DNA of 64,000 nucleotides from Sphaerodactylus townsendi (Eukaryota), in NCBI RefSeq assembly GCF_021028975.2, contig NC_059436.1, positions 2,480,001-2,544,000 on the forward strand, in the 5' to 3' direction. Under the pieces are notes generated by a model. It made no database searches, was not told the origin of the DNA, and worked only from the letters and a program-made list of their open reading frames with translations. Shown here one piece after another: positions 1 to 12,899 of this stretch. Positions within the stretch are counted from its first letter, which is position 1. Each line of letters starts with the position of its first letter. The position numbers and the translations under genes were made by a program.

Positions 1-896
1 GTGATGCCGCATTAGGGCAAAAAAATCCAAACTTCACATACTGCAGCTACAGGGGTCAGTGCTATCAGTCACAGACCAGGGAAGAGGGATTTAGGCGTCT
101 TAGTTGATAGTTCCATGGGAATGTCAACTCAATGCATGGCAGCTGTGAAAAAGGCAAACTCTATGCTGGGGATCATTAGGAAAGGAATTGAGAATAAAAC
201 TGCAAGATTGTCATGCCCTTATATAAAGCCGTGGATGCGACCGCACTTGGAGTACTGTGTTCAGTTCACAGGTCGCCACATCTCAAAAAAGGATATCGAA
301 GAGATAGAAAAAGTGCAGAGAAGGGCAACGAGGATGATTGAAGGATTGGAGCACCTTCCTTATGAGGAGAGGCTGCAGCGTTTGGGACTCTTTAGTTTGG
401 AGAGGAGGCGTCTGAGGGGGGATATGATTGAAGTCTATAAAATTATGCATGGGGTAGAAAATGTTGACAGAGAGAAATTTTTCTCTCTTTCTCACAATAC
501 TAGAACCAGGGGGCATTCATTGAAAATGCTGGGGGGAAGAATTAGGACTAATAAAAGGACACACTTCTTCACGCAACGTGTGATTGGTGTTTGGAATATG
601 CTGCCACAGGAGGTGGTGATGGCCACTAACCTGGATAGCTTTAAAAAGGGCTTGGACAGATTTATGGAGGAGAAGTCAATCTATGGCTACCAATCTTGAT
701 CCTCCTTGATCTCAGATTGCTAATGCCTTAGCAGACCAGGTGCTCAGGAGCAGCAGCAGCAGAAGGCCATTGCTTTCACATCCTGCATGTGAGCTCCCAA
801 AGGCACCTGGTGGGCCACTGCGAGTAGCAGAATGCTGGACTAGATGGACTCTGGTCTGATCCAGCAGGCTAGTTCTTATGTTCTTATGTTCTTATG
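1..896 (+). mobile_element. CR1 LINE 3' end (ORF2 C-terminus, 3'UTR and (TTCTTATG)n tail); continues upstream of the window
   Basis: ORF 115..699 has CR1 ORF2 motifs RPHLEYCVQF, LGLFSLERRRLRGD, FFTQRVIGVWNMLP; 8-bp microsatellite tail at 873-896. Confidence 0.93.
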
Positions 897-2103
897 TGAG
901 CTGGGAGCCCTTTTCTATTTGCAGAGCTGTGATTTTCATTCCCTCTGCAAGTACCACCATCAGACTGAATTGGCACTGAAAATGTTTGCATTCTCTGCCA
1001 CAGTAATAATCAATCGCCATCAAGAGAAAACAAATCCTTCTTCTTGAATGATGTTATAAAAATCTGCTGCTAGATTTGGGGAACAGGAGCTATGCAGACG
1101 ATTGAAGCCTCACCATTCTGGCTTCTGAGGCCATGAGTTGTGGCTTGTTTCTTTTTTAAATTCATGTTATGGCTTCCCAGTAGTCCAGAACCCATTTCTC
1201 TGGAGACCCTGTAGATGACAGGGTCTATTCCTGGGATTTCTTTGATCATATGAATGACTTGAGATGAACACATTTTTAATGACACCTTACCATATTGACT
1301 GGATATTTTTAGTCTGCATTATCCCCTGCCATAGGCATTCTAGGCAAATTTTTAAATTGAATTTTACTTCTGTTCCCTTTCAACTGCTCCTTTGATGATT
1401 GACCTTTTTTTAAAAAAATACTTTTTATTAGGTTAAAATAATTGAACAACATTACAGGAGGGTATATCGAAAGAAAAAAAATCAACATATTTCTTATTTC
1501 TCCTTATACATTCTTTCTTATCTCCCAAATTAGTTAAAATTAAAATAACTTTATACGTGTCTCTAACTGAGACTCTCCATAGTCCTTTCTTTTTTCTTTT
1601 ATTTAAAAGCCGATGATTGTGACATTTAATATTGATTATGGCAAACAATAGTTTTTTTGTAGCAGTAGAGATTTCTGCATACACTCTAAAACCTTTCCAT
1701 GAGTTTTGTTTTAAATGATAATTGCATGATGGTTTGTTTGAAACAACAAGTGTCTTTTCGACTATTTTTCTGTTTAGGAGCAAGCCAACATCGAACACTA
1801 TTTTTTCTGGCCTTCTGTGTGAGCTTGAAGAGATACTTACCTTTTGAAATCAATGGATTATTTTGTGAATTATCCTGAAATCCAGTATAAATAAATACAC
1901 CAATAGTTATCAGTGATGGTTTAATTTAGTAGAGCAACCTTTGGTCCTTTTAACTAACGTAAATCTGATTTCAACAATTTCTGATCAGCAGTCAGTCGAT
2001 GCTGATTTCCCACCAAAATGGGGTCTTTGTTTTGGATGTACAAAATTTCATAACCTGACTTCTGACTAAGAAGAGTCATGCATTATGTCCCCTTCCTTTA
2101 TAG

Positions 2104-2144
2104 GTTGGTACAGAGGATATACTCTTCGAAATAAGACCCAAAAG
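2104..2144 (+). CDS. DOCK5: DOCK5 exon 3 (SH3): (G)WYRGYTLRNKTQK
   Basis: tttatag| ... |gtactg; 41 nt. Confidence 0.93.
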
Positions 2145-3472
2145 GTACTGTATTGCATGTGCTTATATTAAACCTTATCTTCTTGACCTAACAGTTGCCT
2201 TGTGATTTTCACCAGTATTTTCTGGCTCATCTCTATTGCACTATAATCCTCTTTCCTCAGTGTTACTGGCTTTTTAAAAATATGTATTTACTGGATGGTG
2301 CAGATTCTGCAGATTTGTAATTACGCTTCAGAACTATGAATTGGATAGGTGAAGCAGTGAATGCAGTAAGAATTTCAGGTGGTTGTAACAGCAGTATTTT
2401 TGTTGTGAAAAAGGCAAACTTCTAGCCCCTATGACTTCCAGCAAAAAAGGAAATAAAACAAGATTTTAATTGGTTAGTGGGTAGACTCTCAGTCTCCTGC
2501 ATAGCTTGTTAGACTGGTTCCAGATAAACAGACTTTATTTTGTTTCATTTATTTTACATAATTTATTCCGCAGAACAAATTCAATATACAATGGAAACGA
2601 TAGCCTAAAATACTTGGATTAAGCAGTGAAATACTTTGCTGCTAAATTGTGAAAGAGGCATAGATAAGCGGTGATTGTATTCGAGCCTGATTCTGTAAGA
2701 ACTTTGCTTAAAGACAAGAGTCAGTGGCCAGACCTCTCTAGGGGTGTGGTTATGTTACAAAGCATTCATTATTTTGTTCCTTGGCTGCAGTGGCATTGTC
2801 TTATTAAGTTGAAGCCTGATCCAGCAACAATAGTGTCTTGTATGTCATTATTTTAGGAAGGCTTTTATATGATAGTAGTTTTTGGTTCATGTCAGCAACA
2901 TATCCTTGCAGCAGAAATAATAGAATTCTGGTAGACTAATGGTGTGTGCCCATAATTTAACTGAAGATATGATTAATTGCTGACTATAGCATGCTTTGTG
3001 TGAGGTGAGATTTCAGCTGGTGTAGAAGCTCCTTTTCATGCAAAATGCTGCGGCACAGGTGCTGACTGGGTGCATGTTCAACCAGCGCTCCACCATCTGC
3101 ATTGGCTCCAGGTGGTGCTGACTGGCAAGCACATATCCAGCCACTACTCTGTCAGCTTCATTGGCTCTAGGTGGAGTACCCAATCAGATTCAGGGTTTTG
3201 GTGCTCACCATCAAAGCCCCTAACGGCCTGGTGCCTTTGTACCTGTGGGACTGCCTTTCCGGATATGCTCCCTAAAGGGCTTTATGCTCAGTAAATAATA
3301 ACATACTGGTGATCCCTGGTCCAAAAGCAGACTGGGTGTCCTTGACTAAAGCCAGGGCTTTCTCAGCCCTATTGAATGCTCTGTTGAAGGAGACCAGGGC
3401 GCTGTTGGACTTGTTACAGGAAGACAGAGCAATTCTACCAGGCCTGTGGTTGAAGACAGTAACAGTATTATA

Positions 3473-3695
3473 NNNNNNNNNNNNNNNNNNNNNNNNNNNN
3501 NNNNNNNNNNNNNNNNNNNNNNNNNNNNNNNNNNNNNNNNNNNNNNNNNNNNNNNNNNNNNNNNNNNNNNNNNNNNNNNNNNNNNNNNNNNNNNNNNNNN
3601 NNNNNNNNNNNNNNNNNNNNNNNNNNNNNNNNNNNNNNNNNNNNNNNNNNNNNNNNNNNNNNNNNNNNNNNNNNNNNNNNNNNNNNNNNNNNNNN
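3473..3695. other. Assembly gap (223 N)
   Basis: Run of n. Confidence 0.99.
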
Positions 3696-3850
3696 TGTCT
3701 TTTCCCCAAGCCAGTATGAATAGAGTAGTGGTATGGTCTTATCATCTCTCTCCTTAAAATTCTTTGTGGGTGATATGAATCTTTATACAATTTTAATGTA
3801 ATTATTATGTTTTTATGTTGTATTATGCCATAAGCCCACATGGGGAAAGG

Positions 3851-4910
3851 CAGAGGCGTGGACAAAATCTGAGTTTTGCACCCCCCACCCCATATGGGCG
3901 GCCAGCTTTCCCCACCACGACCAAACAACATTTTTTGCACCAGGTCATCTCAAAGTCATAATCACATTATAGAACAAATCTGAACACACCCAGGGCTCCC
4001 TAGTTTAAACAACATTGAAAGTGATGCTATTTTTGAAGGGGGGGGGGGATCCACCCTGAAAAAGCATCACTATTAATGTTGTTTAAACTAGAGAGCCCAG
4101 ATTGTCCTTTTAAATCCACCTTAAAGAAAGACCCAAAATTGTAACAAAAATAAATTAAATAAAAATAATAAATTAGGGTTAGGGTTAAGGCAAGGGTAGA
4201 AGCTAAGGCTTGCCTTAGTGTTACTTTGAGTTCTAGGGCGCAGTCTGAGAATAGGGCTATGGTCAGTTTTAGGTTTTGGGTTTTATATTACAATTTTGGG
4301 AATAATTTATGACTGAAAAAATTAAATAAAAATACTAATTTAGGGTTAGGGTTAAGGCAAGGGCAGGGTCTCAGGTTTTCCTTAGTATTATGTTGAGTTC
4401 AAGGGCGCAGTCCGAGAATATGGAACCTCAAAATGGTAGCCCCATCTACTATTAGCTCCCATTGGAAACAGTGGCGGATGGGGACACCCCTTTTGAGAGT
4501 CCATAACTTTTAACCCCTGAACCAACCTTCACCAAACCTGGGTCGTGTCAGCAGGAGGCTCTCCAGATGAAACCACCCAGGTTTAGTGAAGTTTGGTTCA
4601 CGGGGTCCAATGTTATGGACCCTCAAAAGGGTAGCCCCATCTACCATTAGCTCCCATTGGAAACAATGGGGGACGTTTCACCCCTTTGGGGGTCCATAAC
4701 TTTGGACCCCCTGAACCAAACTTCACCAAACTTGGCTGGTATCATCAGGAGTGTCTCCTGACAGTATCCTGAAATGTTGGTGCTGGTAGCCTACAAATTG
4801 TGCCCCCTACTGGCCAACAAAGTAAAAAAACTAAAATACTCCCCAAATTAGAAATGAGCCCAAATTTTTCTGCGCCCCCAATGGTGGGTGCCCGGGACAT
4901 TACACTTCTG
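3851..4910. mobile_element. Non-autonomous hAT-like DNA transposon (1060 bp) with composite interior
   Basis: 8-bp TSD GGGAAAGG at 3843-3850 and 4911-4918; imperfect TIR CAGAGGCGT / ACACTTCTG; left end related to 27668-27929. Confidence 0.75.
4798..4816 (-). promoter_or_regulatory. Candidate CTCF motif TGGCCAGTAGGGGGCACAA (TE-borne)
   Basis: By-eye match to the CTCF core consensus CCASYAGRKGGCRS; binding not shown. Confidence 0.45.
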
Positions 4911-7365
4911 GGGAAAGGCTTCTTATAAATTTGATGGTGATGGTGATGGTGATGATGATGATCGGTCTCATTAGTTGTGTCTCAGACTTCAGAGATCCAG
5001 TAAAATCCGCTGGCTGAGTTTATTTAACAAATGTGTAATTTTCAAAACAAGACTACTTGCTGGTGGTAGCCGAAAACAGAAATGAGTGTGCTATCAGTTG
5101 TGTTGCCTTGTCAAGGTGACCACCTCTTACAAACTGAAACTTTGTGAAGGAGCGCTTTCTTTCTTTGTGACAGCTTGTCTTCTTGAAACTTGCCTTTTGA
5201 ACCTGAAATTTTATTTGTATAGCTCTTTAAAATTGCCTAGGTGTGTTGCAAAGAATGGATTTGCAAAGTAAACAGATGGATTCAAGGCTGTGTAACTTAG
5301 GTGAACTGGAATTCAGGCTTGTGTGGTTTAAAATCAGGGTTTTTTTTTGTTGAACTCGGATTAAGCACAACTCCAGTTATTTTTCTTGCTCAAGCCTTTT
5401 GTTGGTATTGTAATAGATTTTTAGCAGTGGCCAAAAAATAGTGGCTTGGAGAGGGGCATGAGGATTGGCTACTAATTTGTTTACTTTAAATGGTCCCTTG
5501 GATTCCCTTGAGCAATGGGCCATAGCCTCTAAGGTTTACTATCTTGGAATGTACCCATAGTTTTGAAGTGAGATAATCAATATGTTCAGCTGTTTGGGAG
5601 CACTTGTCTATTGATGTTCTGAGCAAAATGCCACTTGGTCTCCCTAGATCTATGAAAGTGATGGTAAGCAAGCTAAATAACTTGATAGAAGCTGGAGTCC
5701 CAGTAGGATTTAATGGTTTTACACTCTTTACATCTTCAATTCACAAATCGGTTGTCTTACTGGAAAGCACTTTCGGCAGGGAGTTCTTTTTGAATGCTGT
5801 CAGCACCTGAGCCACTAATGGACAGCCAGCAATTAGTCTAACCACATCAAATGTTTTAACAGTCCAGGATTTTAAATGTTTCCCAGCCATATGTGGCCAA
5901 AATCCTAAACCAGAATTTCTGGGATTGCTTGACAATATCAAACACCCTTCCTTCAAAATATAACTTAGTGCTCACAGTTGTATGATGAAGGCTGTTGTAG
6001 ACTTACCCACTTTTTTCAGCCTGAGTCTTATTTATTTAGAAAATATACATGCTTTCTCTTCAAAAACCTGATGGAGGCAGCTTGGCCTGCTTGAAGCTGC
6101 ATAGTTTGTAAGAATAGTTCCTTGAGATTTCATTTAATAGACAGAAGAGTTTAAAATGTCATTTCCCTCATCTGCAATCTGAAATGGTACTGTCTATTCT
6201 ACCACTTTAACGTTATACTACCTCATTCTATCCCATGCATAGATTCTGCCCAGGTGTCATTTTTTTCCTGAACGAGCTTTAAAACAAAAACAAAAAAAAG
6301 GGAAGTATTGCTTTGGCAGAAATTCAAATACTGTTCATTTCCTGATGACTTTGGGAATGAAAGTAAAATGTATTGGTCGTCCTACAATCTGAAAAAACAA
6401 AAGGAGCAGCTCAGCAGCAGACTAGGGAGGGGGTTGTGTGGGGAAGAGACTGAGGGAAGATTCCTGACAATGCGGTTAAATTCTGCAGAGGCTGTTTCTG
6501 AAGGCAAAGGCAGATTTAACTTGCTTTCTTCTATCTCTATTAAACGCATAAGAGTGCTCCCTGCTTTGACTTGGCCAGTCTAGCCATGTGGATCCATGCC
6601 GAGGTGACTTCAAGGCTAGGTTATTGTATTTTTTTTCATGGTTCTGCCCTTGAAGTCAACTCGAAGGCTACACTTGATACAGAAAGCTTCAGTTACTGTC
6701 AGGAATGACCCATTCTGTGGTCATTCCATTGATTACCTGTCAGTCATTTGGTTGAAATCAAGGTACTTATCACACACAAATCCCTATATAGTCTTAGAAG
6801 CTCATGCCTATGCTATTTGATTGCATTGTTTTTACTATTTAATCTGGTTTGAGTCCATTGTAAAAGATGAGCTACAAATAATGTAAATTAATTAATTAAA
6901 ATAAAATAACAGAATATAACTATGTATCATTAGTTGGCTAACCATGTATCCCTTTCAAGAGGTAGGGCACAGTGTTGCAAGACCAAATTAGAGAATCATG
7001 GTACCCTTATGGCCCTAATTCATAATCTACTAAAGTGCAATATGTTATTTTAATAAAGTGCTAAGTTCACTTTTCAGTTAGCAGTTTATTAAAAAAAACA
7101 CTTTGCACTTTACTTGAGTAGTTTATGAATTAGGGTTGTAAGGGTATGCCGATTCTCTGATTTGGTCTAACTGTGTAACTATAACAATAGATAATCATTA
7201 TATTGAATTTTTTAAATGAAGTTTTTTATTTAAATGAAATCCAACCTAAAGGAACTAAGGATGTAAAAATGACCATACATAATTTACAAGGACTTTTGAT
7301 AATTTAAACGAAATTGCCCTTTTTAAATTGTCCTTTTCAAAAGTAATACTTTGTTTTGCTTCCAG

Positions 7366-7421
7366 GGCATTTTCCCATCTACGTATATTCATCTAAAAGA
7401 TGCAACTGTTCAAGATGGCGG
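7366..7421 (+). CDS. DOCK5: DOCK5 exon 4 (SH3 end): GIFPSTYIHLKDATVQDG(G)
   Basis: ttccag| ... |gtaggt; 56 nt. Confidence 0.94.
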
Positions 7422-8615
7422 GTAGGTTGGCAAGACTTTTTATTTTTAATGTTTATTAATGAGACTTGGAGATAGGATAATGCCCTAAAACAAGAAGAGA
7501 GTCTCATAGTTTGGTGGTAATTACAAGTTTGTTTGCTAGAAGCCATTTTTGGTGGGCTTGTTGCTTTGTAGCAGCCATCGTGGTCAGTATCATAGAACAC
7601 CTGCAACAGCCCAACTTGGGAGCCCACTGGCAACCCTTCAGACTCCCTGACCCCAAAGCTTCTCTTCTTTGATCTTATTGGCTTGGGACCCATTGAAAAG
7701 GTCCCCCGATAAAAGGGTTTTCCTGAGCGGAGTGTGATTTTCTCACCTCTCTCTTCCCTGGTTTCAGACGTTTTATAGGATTGGGTGATGCTGCTCTCAC
7801 TCAATTACCCCTTTTAATTCTCACAAACTAGACTGCCATCTTCATCACACTGGACCCACTTTAATTTAACTCCCCTTTGGTAACCAAGGCTGACTAACGT
7901 GAGCTCTTGACACCATTAATCTTAGGTTTCAGCAGAACTGATGGGGCACAGAGGGACTCCTGAGGACATGGAGTTTAAAATAAAATTAAGAATAACAAAC
8001 TTTGTTTTAAGATGTCTGCAGAATACAGAATAAATCTAACCTTTCTTAATACTTTCACTGATATCTCCCTTTCCTATCTACCTAACTTTATGAAAACCCT
8101 TCCTATTTAACATAGCTCCTCCTGAAAAGTTGTGGCACAAACTCTTTCTTTCTCAGCCTCTCTTCAATATATATGTTGCCCCCTTAATCACATCCTCACA
8201 TGCGGTCAGAAGTCTCAGCGTGCTCTCTCTCTCTCTCCATCACTTGAAGTCATTCCGCTTCATACAGTACTTTCCCCCCTCCCAGCCAACATTCTAACCT
8301 TTTCTAACCTTTTAAACCACCTGTCAAGAAGTGTGTACATAATTACAGTCTTTATGACATTATCTACCAATCCTGTATGAATTACGTCAAAGACTGTAAT
8401 GCTGCTGCTTTTCGTTTTGACTTCTTCTGAGACTCCGATTGATCCTTAGTTGTTAATCACCACTGAGCGGTTGTTGTTTTTTTTAAAAATAAGCTTTTGA
8501 ATTATTCTTATATTTTTATGTTTTTAACAGATGTGATGCTTTGGGGCATCTGCTTTGACTGAAGACTGTGGGAGTGTTTAAAATTATCTTGTGTCCCCCA
8601 CCCACTTTTTTCCAG

Positions 8616-8712
8616 ACAAAATGAAACAGTAATTCCTAGTGAGCTGCCTTTAGCCCAGGAACTGACTTCTACTCTTCGGGAATGGGCAGTTATCTGGCAC
8701 CGGCTGTATGTG
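8616..8712 (+). CDS. DOCK5: DOCK5 exon 5: QNETVIPSELPLAQELTSTLREWAVIWHRLYV
   Basis: tttccag| ... |gtgagc; 97 nt. Confidence 0.95.
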
Positions 8713-10747
8713 GTGAGCAGGGACCCTCTTCTGTTTTGACCTTTGGTTGTGGAGGAGTGACATTGTGCCTTGAATGTTTAGAGAATTTTACATCACAAGG
8801 AGTTGGAAAAGATACACAAGTAGTTGGTACCACTGGATTCAACTGTTCAGTTTTTCAGAGAATTCACTATAGAAAATGAACTTGGTTGGCTTTTTCCAAC
8901 ATAGGGAGGGAGGGAACATTGTGTTAAATTATCTTGTGCTCAGTGTAAGAAGTGGATCAGACCAAGGATCATCTCATCCAGGGTCCATGGGAGGAATCCC
9001 AAGCAGTTGACTGAATTCTAGGTAAACTGTACGAAATTGACTGTGGTCTACAGTTATGAATCATTGGCCAGTTTTCTGCCTACGGAAGCTTTTCCCAAAA
9101 AGTGGTGAATCCCATGTTTAGATTGTTGTGTTTGCTATTGTGATGCTTCTCTCTCCCATAGCCCAAATATTTCCATAGTGTCTCAGACAAGGTTTTCTAG
9201 TTCTCTACAATCTTTTCCTGGCAATGTACTATTCATCAGGCTTTCTCAGTGGGGATTATTTGAAAAGCAAGGATTAGAGACATCTTTGTTTCCTCTCTGC
9301 CAGGGCCACACTGACTCAAGGCTGCTTGATAAGTCACCAGTGTAAACATAGTTAAGCCACAAATGAACATCACGACCAGCTGGTATGCTCTGCTGGAATA
9401 AAAAAAAGCATTTTGTGTGTTTTTAGGTCAGCTTTCTTTTATAACTTCCATCCTGATTGTAGCTGGAAGAAGAGGAACAAGGAAACAAGACAAGTGATGA
9501 ATCACAACCTTTTGGTGTATACTTTGATGCCCTGGCATGCCGAAACTGACAAGGGGTGGCATACAAAACCTTGCCAGTTGGCCACAGCTGGGGTGTTCTT
9601 TTCTCTTGAATTAAGAGACAGCAGGGAAAACTATGAGCATGGCTGGTAGGATAACTTCCCAGACCACTTGTAATTATTGATTTATGTTTATTACGGTATG
9701 GTGTCTGTTTTACTGCTGAACTGGGAATGGGGAATCGCATTAACTCTTCCTTAGTCCAGCCAACATGAGGTTTGTGGGATAGCTTCCCAACCCCCATGTC
9801 CGCTGTGGCTTGCATTTGTGATTTTGAACTAGCAGCGGTAGCAGTGTCTGCAGTTAGGATCAGAAATTCCTGTCCTTGACTTAAAAACAAGGAAGGACTT
9901 CCAAAATCCCAGCAGAGGCTCAATTTCTCCTGCTCGCTGTCCTCCTTTTCTTTTCCCATTGGTTTTCCTTTAAACCCAACTTAAGTCCAGCTAATGAGAG
10001 CCAATCCAAAGGAAGTTTTGAGACACATTTGCAAAATATACTTCGTGGTAAGCCTCCAGCATGTGATGGAATGAAGTCGCCACAGAAAAGCCCCTGCAAG
10101 GGCTCCCTTATATGCTGGTAATGTTCTGCAGCACATTTTCAGTACATCTGGCAAATGCCAGACTGTAGGTCATCTTTAAAGCAGCCTAGTTTTGTATAGC
10201 CAACTACAACTCAGTTTTGTGTAGTATAAAGTTTCTTTTAGATTTTTAGATTTAGGATAGCATTCCTACAGCTATCAGTATAAATTGCCAAGCTTTGCCC
10301 AGCTTGGCCACAGCTGTGATTGCTTACAGCCCAGGGACCATAAATAAGGGTGCCAGATTACTAGTACCCAGTAGAATGTTAACTCCAGCAACCAGTGAAG
10401 AAAGCAAGGTAGCAACAGAAAGAAATAAGGTGCTTTTGAAATGGTGCTAATCTAAAACTTATGATGAGATATAGCAACTTAGGTGGAGGTGAGGTTTGCT
10501 TCAGCATGAGGAGTCAAGGACAGTCAGACTGCTGTAATAGAAATAGAATTCAGATTGATTGGCAAACAAGGAAATGGGAGTCTTTGCTCATAAGCCCCTG
10601 TTCTCCAAGCAGTTCATGGTAGTAAGTATATATCTACACTCATGTTATCTTCACCAAGAACCCCGTGAGGTAAGTTAAGCTGAGAGGTAGGAATGTGTCT
10701 CAGGTTACTCTCTGAAGTTCATGGCAGAGCATGGATTTTGAATCTAG

Positions 10748-10888
10748 GGCTCATTCCACACATGCAGAAGAATGCACTTTCAAACTGCTTTCAGTTCTCT
10801 TTGAAGCTGTGCGGAATGGCAAAATCCACTTGCAAACTGTTGTGAAAGTGGTTTGAAAATGCATTATTTTGCGTGTGCAGAAGGGGCC
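10748..10888. mobile_element. 141-bp palindromic PIF/Harbinger-like MITE
   Basis: TIR GGCTCATTCC / GAAGGGGCC, 3-bp TSD TAG; inverted relative of 32947-33087. Confidence 0.8.
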
Positions 10889-11225
10889 TAGGACTCCTCT
10901 GTCTTAATTCAAACTGCTGTGCAGTACACCATGCCAGCTCTCCAGTTCAGTGTATGCACAAAAAGCAGCAAGAAAGACATATAAATTGTCAGAATTTAGC
11001 TCACAGGGGCTGGATATTTGGGGGCACAGGGAGGAAAGAGAATGGGAAGTTGAAATCGGTTCAGTTTGGTTGGTGATTCCTCTGAGATTCAGTGCTGGAA
11101 GTTTGTTCATTTTCAAGCGGTGCTGGTTTTTGGGTAACAGGTTCCTGAGACCTGAAGAAGACTGTGAGCACATTCTGGCGTTGATGCCTTCTATTTATCC
11201 CCCCGCCCTGCCCTGCCTCTGCTAG

Positions 11226-11374
11226 GACAACAAGAAGACACTCTTTCGCCAAGTGCAGCAGATGACCTACAGCCTGATTGAATGGAGGTCCCAGATACTT
11301 TCAGGTACCCTCCCCAAAGATGAGCTGGCTGAACTCAAGAAGAAAGTCACAGCTAAAATAGACTATGGCAATAG
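11226..11374 (+). CDS. DOCK5: DOCK5 exon 6: [49 protein letters not shown](R)
   Basis: tgctag| ... |gtaagt; 149 nt. Confidence 0.95.
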
Positions 11375-12193
11375 GTAAGTTATCCATTAGGAAGGCCTGT
11401 GAGCAGTCATGAGAGAGAACAAACACATTGGAAATGTTATCCCTGTGCTCCCTTTGAAAAATATCTCCCCCTTCAGCAATCTAATTTTCCAGTGGCTTGA
11501 CCAGTCTATCAAACTAAGACTGAGGAGAGTAGGTTTGAAAATCCATCTTCAGCATGGCAACCCAATACACAACCCTGGACCTTATCACTTTCTCTCTGCC
11601 AAACCTACCTCATAAGGTTGCTTTGAGGATGAAAATGGAGGAAGGGAAACCTTGAATGCCATCCTGAACTTCTTGGAGGAGGGGCAAGATAAGCATGTAT
11701 CAATACCTTGGGAAAAGGAATACCTAGTAACTGACTGAGATGCATTGGCTTGAATCTGAAAAGGGAAAACTAATAGCTTTTTTCGTTTTGCGCAAGGATT
11801 GTGTGTCACCAGTTCCCATCCTCCTCCAGAAAAAATATCACTCTGGGAGGTTTCTTGACCCTATGAAGGCAGTTTTGGAGCTGCAGATAGGGAAGGAAGG
11901 AAATCAGCAAATCCTCTGCCAAACCCTCCCCTGGTGTGGTGGTAGGATCTTTGGATCCATTCCACTGCCTTCGCATGGCTTATTCTTCATGTTTCGTAGC
12001 TGTTATGTTTTCCTCCTGACTACTGAGAAATATTTCATAAGTTCCAGCCTGCTGTTATGTGATCCCAAAGAAAGGAACTTAGCTTGCAGATACCAGTTTG
12101 TCTGATCAGCACAATTTATTCCAGTTGCAGAAAGTGAATGATGGCTGGTTCTGAACTTTTATGAAGGGTAGAATTTTACATCTTTTAAATTAA

Positions 12194-12577
12194 AAGAACA
12201 TAAGAACAAGCCAGCTGGATCAGACCAGAGTCCATCTAGTCCAGCTCTCTGCTACTCGCAGTTGCCCACCAGGTGCCTTTGGGAGCTCATATGCAGGATG
12301 TGAAAGCAATGGCCTTCTGCGGCTGTTGCTCCCGATCACCTGGTCTGTTAAGGCATTTGCAATCTCAGATCAAAGAGGATCAAGATTGGTAGCCATAAAT
12401 CGACTTCTCCTCCATAAATCTGTCCAAGCCCCTTTTAAAGCTATCCAGGTTAGTGGCCATCACCACCTCCTGTGGCAGCATATTCCAAACACCAATCACA
12501 CGTTGCGTGAAGAAGTGTTTCCTTTTATTAGTCCTAATTCTTCCCCCCAGCATTTTCAATGAATGCCCCCTGGTTCT
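12194..12577 (-). mobile_element. 5'-truncated CR1 LINE 3' end, same subfamily as 1-896
   Basis: Reverse complement aligns to 502-884 with about 18 mismatches by eye; track ORF 12380..12664 repeats RTRGHSLKMLGGRIRTNKR...YGYQS. Confidence 0.93.
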
Positions 12578-12763
12578 GAAAAAAATGCAGTTGAGTTTCC
12601 AGTAAGATATTTTCAGAGGGAGGATCCTTAAGAAAATATGAGTACTATGTAACCCTGAAACCATTTTTTATCTACCTCTGGTTTAATTTCCCCATGAGTT
12701 TTCATTTTCAATCCATTCTTTTTATTCTTGACTATTCTCCTTGTCATCTTGGGTTGTCACCAG

Positions 12764-12899
12764 GATCTTGGGATTGGATTTGGTTGTTCGAGATGACACT
12801 GGGAATATCCTGGATCCAGACGCTACCAGCACAATTGCACTCTTCAAAGCCCATGAGACAGCATCCAAAAGAGTCAATGAAAGGATTCAAGAGGAAAGG
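12764..12899 (+). CDS. DOCK5: DOCK5 exon 7: [45 protein letters not shown]
   Basis: caccag| ... |gtttgt; 136 nt; within track ORF 12741..12971. Confidence 0.94.

Larger units (their letters stand above)
3060..4962 (+). mobile_element. Decayed L2-clade LINE 3' end, interrupted by the N gap and by a hAT element, with a (GAT/GGT)n tail at 4932-4962
   Basis: 3130-3450 resembles the C-terminal coding part of the L2 at 57870-58200; the terminal motif gccc..ggggaaagg[c]..ttataaat is split by the 3851-4910 insertion. Confidence 0.6.

Noticed and set aside
3272-3940. Long ORFs containing X runs
   Set aside because: Artefacts of translating through the N gap.
7588-8359. Possible LTR-like element in intron 4
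   Set aside because: The termini (tatcata..tatgaca) are imperfect and there is no matching TSD, so it cannot be supported without a search.
9423-9959. 178-aa minus-strand ORF in intron 5
   Set aside because: No domain similarity or other gene evidence; consistent with chance in 64 kb.
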